From Amoebidium appalachense (taxonomy: Eukaryota > Protista > Ichthyosporea): 64,000 nucleotides of DNA. Every line of letters starts with the position of its first letter. Positions within the stretch are counted from its first letter, which is position 1. The DNA is taken from positions 14,789,615 through 14,853,614 of the forward strand of contig CAVNZM010000002.1 of assembly GCA_963693365.1 (NCBI GenBank), given 5' to 3'. Under the pieces are notes generated by a model, which was given only the letters and a program-made list of their open reading frames with translations, made no database searches and was not told the origin of the DNA. Position numbers and translations under genes: made by a program. This document shows positions 25,202 to 49,593 of the stretch, piece by piece.

Positions 25202-26452
25202 TCTGTGTGTGTCTGTGTGTGTGAGTTTTTTTTTTTTTTTTTTTTTTTTTTGGGGGGGGGGGGGGGGGGAATAATTACCCAATGTTGTGAAGTGTGAAGT
25301 GAGTGTGTGCCTTTTTTAGTATTTCTTTTTTACAGCGCGCGTGATCCGCAATTCTATCCTCCTCTGTTTTCTATTCTCTTGGTTGTTCCTGTATAATATT
25401 CTTGTTGCATTTTCCCTCTATTTTTTTTTACGTTAACACAGATGTAAACTGTCCCATGTTGAACACATTTGTTTTGCACGTGCAGGTGAAGCGCAAAGCC
25501 GGGTCAACCGAAACGAACCGACCCAAGAGCGAGACACTTAAGCGTGTGCTTCAAGACATGCAGGCCATTCAGGAGCAGCAGGGCCATGTTCAAGAAAAAT
25601 TGGAAAACCTGGAGACGGACAATAAGCTTATGTGGGGGGAGATGTCGAAGTTGAAGAGCCGGCACCAGCTTCAGCAGCAAACGATCAACCGCATACTTTA
25701 CTTCCTGACGTCTATTTACGCCCCTGACCGGTTGTATGGTGGCAAGGATGGAAACAAGATAACATCTTTGGTGAGTGTGCGCCTTTCCCGTGTCTCTTGC
25801 TTTCCTTTTTTCTTCGTCTCCTTTCTTTCTTTCTTTCTTTTTTTGTGTGTGTGTGTGGGGGGGGGGGAGGGGGGGGGGCAACTAGGTCTTTCCCGCTGCC
25901 CAACCCTACTTCGTTTTTTTGTTTTTTTTTTTTTTTTGTGGGGGGGGGGGGGGGGGGGGGGGGGGTAAAGCATAAAGAGTTAGTATAGCAGCTCACAGGC
26001 TCTCCATTTCAAACCTATGCTCTGCTCCTTGCTGACAAGCGCTTTGCAAACATCTGCAGGATGATCCCGAGGGCAACAAACTCAACGGCACGTACCGTGC
26101 AAGCATTGGGGGACCCCAAGACCCGAACACTCTGCTTGGGTCCCCAGCAGCCTTTCACCAAGCAACAGCCGCAGAAGCAACTGGGTTTTTCAACAGTCTT
26201 GGTGATCTCATTGGCAATAACAATCGCCAACCTTCCAACCCCAAAACACCGACCGTTGGTTCTGGAAACGACGCAAATAACGGGTTTCAGCCCGGTGTGG
26301 GTGGGCAGCACAGTTCGCGGGTGGAAGGGCAGGCTGGAGGGCAGGGCCTGTCGGGTTTCCAGCACATGGGCCAACCGATGGGCGGAAAATCGAGTGTGAA
26401 CGACTATTCATGGGGTCAACCGAGTGCACAGCTACCAAATCTGCACAACTAG
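24626..26452 (+). CDS. HSF: Heat shock transcription factor, 3 exons (24626-25129, 25486-25770, 26060-26452)
   Basis: HSF DNA-binding domain FLQKLLAMV...[10 protein letters not shown]...[25 protein letters not shown]...WEF...FKRG...VKRK, then the HR-A/B heptads ([39 protein letters not shown]). Both introns are phase-0 GT-AG; TAG at 26450-26452. The start could be a later ATG (24656). Confidence 0.95.
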
Positions 26453-27415
26453 TCGGGAAAATGGCTGCTTATGGTTTAGAAGCATCGGCATAATGTGTTA
26501 TAACAGGACCTAGTCATTGGAGACAATCGATGCACAGCGTTGTGGCAGGGGCATACGACGAGACCGTATTTGAGGTATGGCCGATTATTAACAGATGTCG
26601 TAACGAACCTCAGGGCAGTAGATATCTTATTATTGTTGTTAAATGGTGTATCGGACAATGCAGGATAGACTTGCTCCTGTTGAAGCCGTCACGAACGTAG
26701 TTTTTGCGAAAATGTGATCAGACGAATGACTGTAGCCCGTACGCGTTTTTATTGGGCCGCAGCCCTGTCATTAGCACTTATTTTGAATCACATTGTTACC
26801 TGTGTTGTGGCTTGAGTAAACACCAACCAGTATAACCAGCATGGGTGTGCTAACTATGTGTGTGTGCTTGAACTTTCCTTGGTGCATTCGTTGTTAAACA
26901 CTTACATAGTGTATGTGATTAGCCATACATCTACGTAGATGTTTGGGCATGGGTGTATGGTGTGTGCCGTTTTTAAGAATGTTTTTGCTGCTGAACTGTT
27001 TTTCTACTTTTGTTCCTCTTGTCACTAGTTTGGAAAGGGTATTCCATTATTAATCTTCCATATTCGGGCACCATGTTTAGATGATGAATTCTTATGTCTC
27101 ATGGCCATGACGCCAGGAACTGACCATCATCTGTTTTAACTGGTTGTTGCTTGTTGGGCCAATAAAATCTCCCATTCTGCTACTGTTACATAAACCTGAA
27201 AAGGACTGTATGATCCATCCGCCCCCTCTCCCCTCCCTCCCTCCCTCCCTCCCGACACACGAGCATACACACACACACACACACAGATCGCCTTTATCAC
27301 CTTTATCAGCACACAAAAGATCAACTTTATTACCACCCAAAAGGGGGAAGGGAAAACAATTGTTGCCAATATACGTACACGCGGCCCTCCTGCACACGCC
27401 CGTACTCACACACGC

Positions 27416-27484
<69 letters not shown>

Positions 27485-28216
27485 ACACGGAGCACTGCCT
27501 CCGCTGCTCACGCACTCATACTTTTACCCGTAACATCCTCTTCCTTTGAAACCCCTCTAAAGGACATGCACCAATAGTGACTACGGAAACGCACTTTCGA
27601 GCGCGCACGCACACACACACACACACACACAACATTGTACACTTGCGCAAATGCACACCTGCGATCGACATACATACTCGCACTTGCGGCCCCGAGTTGA
27701 TTATTCCGCCCCCGTGTAGTGGAGGTTGTGTGCACATGCATGTATGTGCCAGCTTGGCTTTTGGGAGGTTTCGGGTGTGTGTGTGTGCACGTGTCGCGGG
27801 CATGCACATAGCCCGAGTTGTTTGCTCCGTGCCATGTGTGCGTTTGCGTTTTAGTGTGTGATGTGTATCCGCGTGTATGTGTGTTTCTGCGCAAGCATAT
27901 TTGTGCGTATGTGGTCACGGTACTGGTGAATGTGTATATCATGATGGGGATATGATACACACTTCCTATTGGCCACACCCTCCGGCCAATGGGAAAACAC
28001 CGCAGGTGCCCTTTACCTCAAGTTGAGGAATGTCGGGCCGTCGTGGTGGCCATGGCTTGGTCATGGCGTTGGCAGTGTGTCAGACACATAGCAGTGACTG
28101 ATTGCTAGTAGGCCTGTGACGTGCATGTTCACATACATTCTGCAAGTTCTCAATAGCGCGCAACCACAGTGCACCAGCAATTTCGGTATGAATGTACCCG
28201 ATATTGTGCCGGTCCC

Positions 28217-28255
<39 letters not shown>

Positions 28256-28276
28256 TCCCCCCCCCCCCCCCACACG

Positions 28277-28341
<65 letters not shown>

Positions 28342-29538
28342 ACGACATACAGGGAACTTCGAAACGAGTAGGTAGGGAAAGAACATGTTTTGACTGAATG
28401 ATGCCAATTCGAAAAGAAGCTCAGGAGACTTTATATGGTAGAAAGCGCAGGAGCAAATGGTCTCGACATACAAACCGTTCAGACTTCCAGCACTTCTGTG
28501 GACCATACCAACCCCCCCTCCGCCCCCATCCCCCACCCCCGCGCACCCGCTTAACACATATACACACACACGTGCACACATACACACACACATACACACT
28601 TAGGCCTTCAGCTTTGCCGTTGATGCTACTTGATGGTGAGGGAGGGTAAGGTTAGGGTGGGGGGCGGGGAGTTGGGGGAGGGGGGGGGGAGGGAGGGGGG
28701 AGGGGGAGACTTGAACACCCGGAGACATGTGCAAGAAACATAGGCGTAGCTGCATAAGCATTCTCTAGGGAGGCAAAGAAGGAGTTGCCAGTGGGTGGTG
28801 TTCAACGGCTGGTTGAGTGGCTTGGGTGCCGGACGTGTGTGTGGGTGAGCTTGTGATAGGTGTGTTGATGGTGGTGGTGTGTGTGTGCGTGTGTACGCGC
28901 GTGCGGGTGTGTGGGTGTGGGTGGGTGGGTGGGCGGGCTAGGGAGGAGGCATTGTATTGGGGACCCTGAGGGAAAAAGAGGGTACCTGGGTGTATGTGTG
29001 TGTTGATGGTGCACGTGCGCGGTGTGTGTGCATGTGTGCGGGACATATGTGTGTAGTGGCCGGTTGTGGTAGTGGTGGTGGTGGTTGGGGGGGGAGGGGA
29101 GGGGGGGGGGGAAGGGGGGGGGGGGGGGGGGGGGAAAGGGGAGGGAAGGGGGGGAGTGGGGGGAGTGGGGGAAAACGGACGGAAACTAACATGGGAGGGT
29201 TAACAGTGTCACCGCCTGTGTGATTCGATCAGAATCGTGGAATACATTGCGGGGAGTGCTCAACCAATTATATAAAATCAAGTGTGTGACGTACGGCTTA
29301 CACGGCACGTCGGAGATGGGACGGGCTCTGTACAACGGTGGGGGATGCAGTGTTTTCCTGGTATGTGTTTGGGTGTGGAGTGACGGGGAGGGGGGGGAAG
29401 CGCGCCGGGGGGGGGGGGGGGGGGGGGGGGGATCTATTTTTCACACAAGCGTAGTTGGGTCAAGGGTCTTTTGGGAGGGCAACCTTTGAAAGATTCAATT
29501 TATTCCCCCCCCCCCCCCCCCCCTCCCCCCCTTCCCCA

Positions 29539-29610
<72 letters not shown>

Positions 29611-30355
29611 CGCAGGTCGACGGGTGCAGTAGGGGAAGGGGAGGGGGGAGAGAGAAGAATTCGTTTGGTGATAAGCACGATCACTGAGAGCTACCAGAGC
29701 TTTGTTTCTTTTTTCCTGTCTTATTTGCAACAGGAGATGGGAAGGGGTGTGGGTGTGTGTGTGTGTGTGTGTGTGTGTGGTTGGCGGGTGGGGGGGAGGG
29801 GGATTGGGTTACACTGTGTATATCCGTGTGTTGGGGAAAGCAACACGGGGGGGGGGAGGGGGGGGGTTTGGGGGGAAGGGGGGGGAGGGGGGGGGGGATG
29901 GTGGAGGCACTGGCGGGGCACTGGTGGGGAACAAGCCGGCATACCAATTAAACAAAACCCACACGTGCACAAGCATACACACACACCAACCCCACACCAT
30001 GACCAACCTACATATACCCCGTTGCTTCACCAATCACCTCCCGCCACAACTACTCACAACCTTCACTTGTACATGTGCATATTCACACACACTGATGGAC
30101 TGCTTAGAGGCTTCCCCCCCCCCCCCCCCCCCCTCCCCCCGCGCCCCCTTCCCCCCTCTCCCCCCCCCCTCTCGAGGCCTCTCCCCACCCCATCCCCCCC
30201 CAACAAAAAAAAAAAGGAAAGGGGAAAAATGAAAAATCACACACAAGCGTGCACACACACACACTCTCTTTCACACACACACACCCACGCACCCGCACAC
30301 ACATACGCCCACGCCCACGCCCACGCACACGCACACGCACACACGTGCGCGCGCG

Positions 30356-30403
<48 letters not shown>

Positions 30404-30906
30404 GGAAATACACCACCACCAATGGCATTAACACATTCAAACAAACACAAACATGAAACTAAGCACACTCGTTCTATGACTGTTTCCCGCCAGAGGGTAT
30501 CCGGGGACATTCCAAATTCTGAGGAAAAGTCAATTTCCAATTTATTGCAAAAATGTTAGAGCAAACTCATTTGATTATGTGATAGATTAGTATTGAGGCT
30601 TTTATCTCAATAGACCGTGTGGGAGATAGCTCTAATACTAAGATTGAATATCAAATGAAATGATATTTTTCAGATTCATATACATTACAGGATTACTGGA
30701 TATAATCTGGGTAATATGAACAGAAGCACTCTAAAAATGGCCATACGAATTACGTATCACTAAACAAAAAGCCGCCACGGCCCTTTTGCAGTTATAACAC
30801 TGTTGAACATTACATTAATATCACAGATTAGTGAAATAAATAACAGGAGAAATGAAATACATTGTATTTAAAGAACCTCCCCCCCCCAAGAATTTCCGGT
30901 ATATCC

Positions 30907-32382
30907 CTAGTCTATCCCATTTTCCGTGCGCAAATGTGCGTGCACAGGCGCGTGAGGCCCCGGTGCCACATCCACACACTCCCTATACCCCACCACCGTC
31001 TCCTGCAACCCGCAATAATGATAAGCCAAAAGCCCCACAAAAGTGTCCGTAATTTGCACCGTAACAAGAAACCTCACTGAGGTAGGCCAACACAAGCTAA
31101 GAGCAACATATCCCTGCCAGTTGGCTGCTGCATAGGACAAAGTCACGATGAAAACCACGTCCGCCAAAACAATAATGCGAATGTTTTGATGCCTGTCGCT
31201 GAACAGCACCAAGCCGCTATGTTGTTTGTCTGTGCGTGAATAATATGCGAGCAGGGGGCTGTAAAAGAGAAGGATCGACAGGGCGCTGAGATGTATATAC
31301 TTTTCTGTAATTAGGTCGTATTGGCAGGCCACAGCTACAGAACCAACTATGAACGTAACTATAAACGCCGTGGGGAGGAGGGCAAAGTAGCTGTACTTTG
31401 TTGGGCTTACATTCTTGGTGTTGAAGATTAAGTAAATCATTCGCTGGCGTTGAACCACGGCAGAGATAAACAGTGCGTCTGAAAACACGTGTATGATAAT
31501 GTGGGTGGTAATGGCGGTTTTCTGCTTAACACCCGTATCAATGATGGTCTCGATGGTGGCAGTAGATGAATCGATGGGAAACACTTTCCCGGTCGCGACG
31601 CACAGAGCAAACACCGAGGTGGCAAATATCCCACACAGGGCTATATACAGCTGTATGAGGTGTGGGTACCCACGAGACCTCACCGCTCTGTGATCGCGAT
31701 ATATAAACGCGACAATAAAAAGTATTGTGAGAGCTATGAAATTCGAGCACATCATTGAAACTTGGAGGCGAAAAAGTGACTCCAGGTCACCGGCCGCGTC
31801 GTCCGTCACCTTCTTCATCCCGAGTAGTGCTTTCAGCATTGTTGCTGTTTCTATTCGTGCCTCCGGTGAATTCTGTGGCTGTGAACGTAAATTTTCCACT
31901 GCCTGCACAAAATTGTTGTAGTATTCCTCTGTTTGTATGAGCGGGCTGGGTATATCCTTTCCTCCTGGTAGGCTCAGCCAAAAAACCACCCCCTCTATTG
32001 TGGCCAACACGACGACGATGACAACAAATGCTGCCCATGTGTACATGTGATAGCGACTGTTTGCCTTCCTTCTCTGGTATCGTGATGCTACCTGAACAGC
32101 CGAACGATTTTCCTTGTGTGTTTCTGGCCGCGGCTTTGTTGCCGTGGGCTGTGTGCTGGAGTCCCTTATAGAGGGCTCCTCTGAAGAATGCATCGGAGTC
32201 ATGTCACTACTCGTACTACCGATGGAGCTGTATTGATGGGTAGAGTCGTCGGGTAGGAGTGCTCCGAGGGTTTCCTTTGCCGATGTGCTTAGTTTACGCA
32301 ATGGTTTTTCTGGTTTTTCCGGTAAATCGGCGCCAGACGGTGGAGGGTTTCGGGTTTCTGGGGCTTCTTTGGTAGACTCCAT
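30907..32382 (-). CDS. Intronless multi-pass membrane protein, class C (GABA-B-like) GPCR-type 7TM plus an extra N-terminal TM
   Basis: 491-aa non-repetitive ORF with eight hydrophobic segments. YRDHRAVRSRG after TM1, QRQRMIYLIF after TM3 and FSDRHQNI before TM6 resemble 7tm_3 loop motifs. The family call rests on visual motif resemblance only. Confidence 0.6.
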   Translation of the reverse strand: MESTKEAPETRNPPPSGADLPEKPEKPLRKLSTSAKETLGALLPDDSTHQYSSIGSTSSDMTPMHSSEEPSIRDSSTQPTATKPRPETHKENRSAVQVASRYQRRKANSRYHMYTWAAFVVIVVVLATIEGVVFWLSLPGGKDIPSPLIQTEEYYNNFVQAVENLRSQPQNSPEARIETATMLKALLGMKKVTDDAAGDLESLFRLQVSMMCSNFIALTILFIVAFIYRDHRAVRSRGYPHLIQLYIALCGIFATSVFALCVATGKVFPIDSSTATIETIIDTGVKQKTAITTHIIIHVFSDALFISAVVQRQRMIYLIFNTKNVSPTKYSYFALLPTAFIVTFIVGSVAVACQYDLITEKYIHLSALSILLFYSPLLAYYSRTDKQHSGLVLFSDRHQNIRIIVLADVVFIVTLSYAAANWQGYVALSLCWPTSVRFLVTVQITDTFVGLLAYHYCGLQETVVGYRECVDVAPGPHAPVHAHLRTENGID

Positions 32383-32601
32383 GATAGTGATGTTTGTTGA
32401 ACTGTTCGGTTGAATGCACGTGTTTGGAACAGACAGTCAAAGGCCAAAGTTAGGTTTTGATGATTTTTACGATGTCTTGTTGACTACAATGAAATAGAAA
32501 AACGTCAGGTGCATGACGTGGGGTTTAAACAGTCGTATAATCGGGGCTGGTTGCCGATTTGCAGAACGTGTTTTATTCGTGTATATAACTGCGTCTGCCT
32601 G

Positions 32602-32683
<82 letters not shown>

Positions 32684-32820
32684 CGTGTGTGTGCGTGCGT
32701 GTGTGTGTGTGTATGTGTGTGTGTGTGTGCCTTAGTGTGTGTGTGTGCGTGCTTGTCCGTGTGTGTGTATGTGTGTGTGCGCTTGTAGAGCTCCAGTCAA
32801 GGGGTGGTTTGTAGAGCGAG

Positions 32821-33518
<698 letters not shown>

Positions 33519-35195
33519 TGAGATTGGGGGGAGAGGAGGGGAAGATCTACGGGCGTATAGTCGGGCGTAAAGCCGTTCGCATGTGCGTACCCGCTTGTGT
33601 TAACAACATAACTGTTGGCAAATACTCAGGTGCCTACTAGTGCTAGCTAGTAACCGTTGTAACGAAAGTAACGAAAGTAATGAAAGTTCACATGTACCGC
33701 ATCGTGACCGCAGTCAGACTGAAACGTGTTGCAAATTCCTTCGACATTCCTGGCAATAATTCGCAATAAAATAGTTAGATCTCGACCATTTGCAAAGCTT
33801 CACACTTTACTTTATATAGGTAGACATGGGACGTTCCTATTCGCTTATATCTATTTATGAGGGGGCCGTCCCGCGGGCGGCCGACGGTCACTTGGAGATA
33901 ACGTTTGTACCAAAATGTACGATATATAGGCAATTATACTATTTGAATTGCATAACAACCCCTTTTATGGGCCGAAAATACTAATCTAAACCATTAGTTC
34001 TTGCCGTTCAGCGTACCGACGGATAGGCTGCGTGCGTGGATTGCACCCTATTTTGATTGGTGCACCTTAGTGCGTCTTACGTGTGATTGGTGCAATAAAT
34101 TCTCAATGTAACTTGCCAATCAACAACATGTTGATATCCGGTTCTCAGAATGCGTCGCACGTCAAGTCTTCTTGGCAATCAAGTATGTCCCGTAAAACCA
34201 CAAATTCAAATTAAATAATAATTTTGATCTACGTATGATTGTATGTCTTGTTTTCCTCTTACGTATGATCTTCTTTGTACTGACAATATGTGGGGTAAGT
34301 GCAGTTCACGGTTCATGACTCACCAGCTAGCCCTGGAAATCTAGTGGCTGAACCAATCAGCGACAGGCAGCGAAAGACACCGAGGGCATAAGATCAATAT
34401 TATGCCATTTCATCGGTGCTCTCTAACCCAATCACAGCTAAATAATACACTATAAATGCTTTTCTTCCATTAAATGTCATGTCGTGTTCTAGGCGTCCCC
34501 GCCAGTTGTCGGCTGACCAATGGTAGCATAGAGCTCCTCTCCTTGTACACTCACGGACCCAGTGCCACGGTGCTTCGTTGACACACGAAGCAGTTTGACA
34601 TGCTCAGCGGGGTACACAATGCACCCTTGCTTTTGCACATATAAACTCCATGCAAATGCCATATGCTTGCACTTCCAATATTCCTGTTTGTTACTGATTG
34701 ATTGTTCTTTTACATCCCATTTGGGAGCAAACATACACCACATACTGTATATCTACAAAAGGAACACGCAAGAGTCACTCTGACATGAACAATCGATGAT
34801 AGTTGTCATGACTTCGTTTTGCGCGGAGCAAACAGCTGTGGGACGTGGCTTTGTGCAAATGAAAAGTCCCGGCTTGTAGTGTTACTTTTACATCACGCAG
34901 AGGCGCCAAGACACACTTGTCATAAATGAGTACGGCACATTTTGGTTGTGTTTGACCTCAGGTGGCGCTCGGGTGTGCAGATAATAAACATCTTTGTAAG
35001 TAGGGCAGGCTATTACACTTGTGGGCATGGTAATGTTCAGAGATAGCTAGCTACACATAGCAGATGCTCACTTGAATGAGGGCCTGAACTCGCTAAAGGT
35101 AAGTGAAGAAGGTGTGTGTGTGTTGAGTGTGTGTGCTTACTGTTGTCTCGATGTGAGAATAACTCATTTTATTAGCATTATTAAGGGGCACTACT

Positions 35196-35212
35196 TCGCG
35201 CGCGCGCGCGTG

Positions 35213-35266
<54 letters not shown>

Positions 35267-35490
35267 TGCGTGTGTGCGTGCGTGCGTGTGTGTTTGTGTG
35301 TGCGCGTGTGCGTGTGTGCGTGTTTGTGTGTGCGCGTGCACGTCTTTGTGCACGTTTGTGTGTGTGCGGTGTGTGTGTGTGTGTGTGTGTTTGTGTGCGT
35401 GCTTGCGTATGCGCGCGCGCGCGCGCGTGTGTGTGTGTGCGTGTTTGTGTGTGTACCCGTGCACGTCTTTGTGCACGTTTGTGTGTGTGC

Positions 35491-35530
<40 letters not shown>

Positions 35531-35790
35531 ACGTGTGTGTGTGTGGGTGTTTATTGTCTTCGTGCATGCATGCATATGCCACATTGTGCATGTGCAAATA
35601 TAAGTGTGTTTTATGTGTTTGTGTGCGTGTGTTCGCACGTGCGCGCATGCATGTGTGTGCATGTGTGTGTGTGTGCGCGCGCGTGTGTGTGCGTGCATGT
35701 GTGCGTGCATGTGTGCGTGCGTGCGTGCGTGCGTGCGTGCGTGTGCGTGTGTGTGTGCGTGCGCGCACTTGTGTGTGTGTGTAGTGTGTA
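35196..35790. repeat. Compound (GT)n/(GC)n/(GTGC)n low-complexity tract with internal duplication
   Basis: Alternating purine-pyrimidine tract; GTGCACGTCTTTGTGCACGTTTGTGTGTGTGCG occurs twice (~35336 and ~35459). Confidence 0.85.
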
Positions 35791-36743
35791 CTCGCGTGAT
35801 TGAGTGCCTGTGCTTGTGCGGGGGCCCACGTGTTTTATGCCTGTTAAGCACTGGCGTCACCTAGTTCCTGTATTGATTGCTTGTGGCATAGATGTGGGGC
35901 GTGTTTATTTTGCATCTATGTGGAACATGATGTGTTTGTATAGTAACAGCTGACCAATATGGTTTGTGTGCAGGCAGTGTGTTATCTACGTTCATACACC
36001 TTAATATCAAATACAGAAAATGGTAAAATCCGGATTTTAGCATTTTTGTTGTGCAACAGTGTATATGGATGTGTCGCGGCAGTACCAGCAGTGCGAGCTT
36101 TGTGTTTTGAATGTGTTCACATTATATGTTGCACCCGGCCGGCAAGGGTGTATGTTTGTACATGTGTGCTTACGTTCCTCTGCGTGAAACTGTGTGTGCC
36201 GGCCTGTACCAATGTGTTTTGTTCAATGATGTGTATCATATAGTATGTCACATGTTTGGCTTCATATTCGCAGGTGCTCTGATATCTATTACGACTATGT
36301 GTGTCTTGTGTATGTGCTGCGATTCTTGCATTTGCATGTGTGTCACGCTGTGCTCCAAGTACCCACTATGTGCGTGCTAAACACCTGTGTGTGTGCATAT
36401 TATGCGAATTGTTTTTTCACGTGCACACATGTCTGCTTACTGTTGTCATGATGTGGTACATTTGTAGGACTTGGTTTATCATATTGATTCCCGGACCGTG
36501 ACATGCGGCTGTGTGTGCTATGGTGTCGTGCCATATACGTGCAGCTGTGCACCTTGAATGTCTGTGTACGTCTCTGTGTGTACATGTGTGTGGTGGGTGT
36601 GTTGCGGTATTAATGAAACATGCATCTTGTGTGTGTGTGTGCGCGCACGCGTGTGTGAGGGAGGGAGGGTGGGGGAAAGGAAAGAGGGGGAGAGGGGGGA
36701 GGTGGTAGTGTGTGTGTTTGTGGAGGGGGGATACAAACACACC

Positions 36744-36833
<90 letters not shown>

Positions 36834-37298
36834 ATCACCATCACCATCACCATTTGAGTTTCCCCACCCTTGGCTCTAAGATGAAGGCACATATGGATAG
36901 CCCAAACCATTCTCACGCAGTCATGCACACGCCAGATTTCACCCGCCTTGCTACGTAAATAAAAATGGTTGAATGCAAATCAAGTGACTTTTCGCTCAGC
37001 CCCTAATAAACCACTTTGCATTCTCAGCTCGACGAGAATGGAACATGAAAGAGATCAAAGCCTGCAATTGCACCAGCCAACCACATCAACCTGTTAAACT
37101 GATATGAAGGCATACAAGCTTGATCAACGGCCCCACCTCCGGCTTAATATTTTAAAATTGTTGAGTAAAAAATGAGAACGTTGACCGGCACACCCTCACT
37201 GGGCCTCCCCCACCAACTATTCTCTCCCGGAAATTCGCCAAAAACATTGGCACAGTCGCCACCAAAACGAACCGAGTTTCAAGCCTGGGAGGTAAACA

Positions 37299-37333
<35 letters not shown>

Positions 37334-37336
37334 CAC

Positions 37337-37378
<42 letters not shown>

Positions 37379-37742
37379 ACCCACCCAAACACTACGCCTT
37401 CCCTTAAACCTTAGGCCTTGTTCAACGTTATGTTTATACGGTGATATACATCCCTCCCTCCCCCCCCCCCCCCCCCCCCCCCCTCCCCCACTCCCCCCTC
37501 CCCCCTCCCCCCTCCCCAATCACCACCATCACTGCCACCACCTCCCCCCTCTCCCCACACGCACGCACACACGCACAAGCAACAGTCTTATATACATGCA
37601 TGTGAACGCCTACCCACTATTCGTCACACGCCAGCTCTTTACACACCTGCAAAATCCTCCACAATTGTTTTGTATACAACCAATGATATTTACCCTTTCT
37701 TGCAAAAATCCCATATGCCCTTCAATGATGTTAAGCCAATGA

Positions 37743-47537
<9,795 letters not shown>

Positions 47538-47961
47538 GTTGGTTTCTTCCGTTCTTATATGTTTCAAATTTTACTCCCTTCAAACGCTGAGTCAAATGCG
47601 AGATCTTGGCCCTTCTTTGTCGTGCTGCTGAGTAACCACCTCTACTATTTCCCCCTTCTGAAGAAGGGTGGGGAGAGAGAGGGGGGAGGGGGAGCGGGAA
47701 GGAGGGGGGGGGGAGGGGGGAGGGGGGGGGGGGGAGGGGGGGGGAATGAATGTTGAACCCTGCTATGTGGTTCAGCGGATGCCTGACTATTTGTTGGTTC
47801 AGAGGGCAACAGTTCACTGAATGAGAGGCCCGTGGAGCCAACGGCAGCCAAAGGTGTGTGTGTGTGTAACACTGTGGTGCTATCTATATAACAGAGTGTG
47901 TGCATGTGTATGTAGTTGTGAGATGTGTGCTTATACACGTGCTTATACACGTGTATATGTA

Positions 47962-48026
<65 letters not shown>

Positions 48027-48367
48027 ATGGTTGGGTGGGCTGGCAGACGGGCGGAAAATTCGAGGAGAGCGGATACCGGGCCGGGGGAGGGTGGGGTGTG
48101 GTGGATATGTGCGGGTGCATGCGCGTTTGTGTGCACGTGCGCATAACTCAGCAATGTGAAATATGTGTTCATGTGTTTGTGTGTCGGGAGTGTACTTGTG
48201 TAAGTGTGGACATAGTGTCTGTATTTGGTGTTTTTTGGTGTGTTTGTCTTTGCGTGGCGTGCAGTGATCCCCGTCATTTTCGGTGTTGATGCACGTCCAC
48301 CTATGATGGCTGCAGCTCCCTAGAGGCATCACAGCTCCCTAGAGGCACCATCTCTAGGTGTCTGTGT

Positions 48368-48850
48368 AGGGGTCAACCACACGAGCTGAATTATTCTGCT
48401 GTAGCAGAATTATTCCGCTGGTAGCAGAATTACGCTACTACCAGCAGAATTACTCAGCTGGTGCTTGGGGCAGAATTTTAAACGAAAGAGCCACGCGTTC
48501 GACGGAATTCCGTTCCCATGCATATGAATGTAGCGCACCGTGCGCTACGTTTTGGCATCACGTGAAGCGTTCTAAGCCAATCATTACGTTTTTGATCTAA
48601 TGCTGATGCGCTTACTGCCAATCATAACAAATGGGATGCGGAAGAGGCTTTTCCTAGGCACGTGAGCATTTTTGATGATGGCGACAAAACCGACCATCAA
48701 GTTGAATTACTGTTCGAAGCAGAATTTAGTGCCCTCGAAGCAGAATTATGCAGCTAAAGCAGAATTACGCTGCTACCAGCAGAATTACGCCGCTACCAGC
48801 AGAATTACGCTGCTACCAGCAGAATAATTCAGCTCGTGTGGTTGACCCCT
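48368..48850. mobile_element. Non-autonomous DNA transposon (MITE) with ~34-bp TIRs
   Basis: Left AGGGGTCAACCACACGAGCTGAATTATTCTGCTG; right CAGCAGAATAATTCAGCTCGTGTGGTTGACCCCT. CTGTGT is duplicated on both flanks (48362-48367, 48851-48856). Subterminal AGCAGAATTACGCTGCTACC-type repeats; no ORF. Confidence 0.88.
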
Positions 48851-49125
48851 CTGTGTGCCGTGCTTTTGCAATGTGTACATAGGCCCATACACAATATAAG
48901 CCCATCACAGACTACTGATTGCATGTTCTTTTTGTAGGTGATGGAGAATAGGCAACACCGTTCAACTGGGGCCATGCTCAGAGATTTATGGGACTGGCCG
49001 AATCCGAATAGATTTGGGAAACAAGACACGTACACACATATACACATGCATTCTGTGAAACACACACAAGAACTTAACACAGAAAGAGACATGCGGGTGC
49101 ATGCGCACGCACGCACGCACACACA

Positions 49126-49189
<64 letters not shown>

Positions 49190-49194
49190 TACAC

Positions 49195-49285
<91 letters not shown>

Positions 49286-49493
49286 TCACAGCCCAGCCTG
49301 TCCCATAAATACCAGCCGCCAGATTACACACACACCATTAGCGGGATTCCGTAAAGTTTGGAGTATCTTTCCATTTTACCCAAAACTGATTATTACACTT
49401 ATTCTTCTAAAGTTTATGTATTTGTGTGGTATTTCATCATGAAGCCATCCATAGTCCCATAGCTATGCATGTTGCCACTTCAATTTCTTCTCA

Positions 49494-49593
49494 GTAATTT
49501 CACCAATCACATTACTAGGTAATTTCACCAATCACATTACTAGGTGATTTCACCAATCACATTACTAGGTAATTTCACCAATCACATTACTAG
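49494..49593. repeat. 4 x 25-bp tandem repeat containing CCAATCA
   Basis: GT(A/G)ATTTCACCAATCACATTACTAG x4, without spacers. Confidence 0.9.

Noticed and set aside
34489-34780. WKCKHM motif suggesting a SWIM finger or MULE transposase remnant (minus strand)
   Set aside because: The upstream CxC ligands are not in frame, and no DDE domain or TIRs were found.
49494-49593. 25-bp repeats as a possible CRISPR array
   Set aside because: Units are contiguous with no unique spacers, the context is eukaryotic, and no cas genes are present. The same applies to the 14.0 and 58.3 kb arrays.
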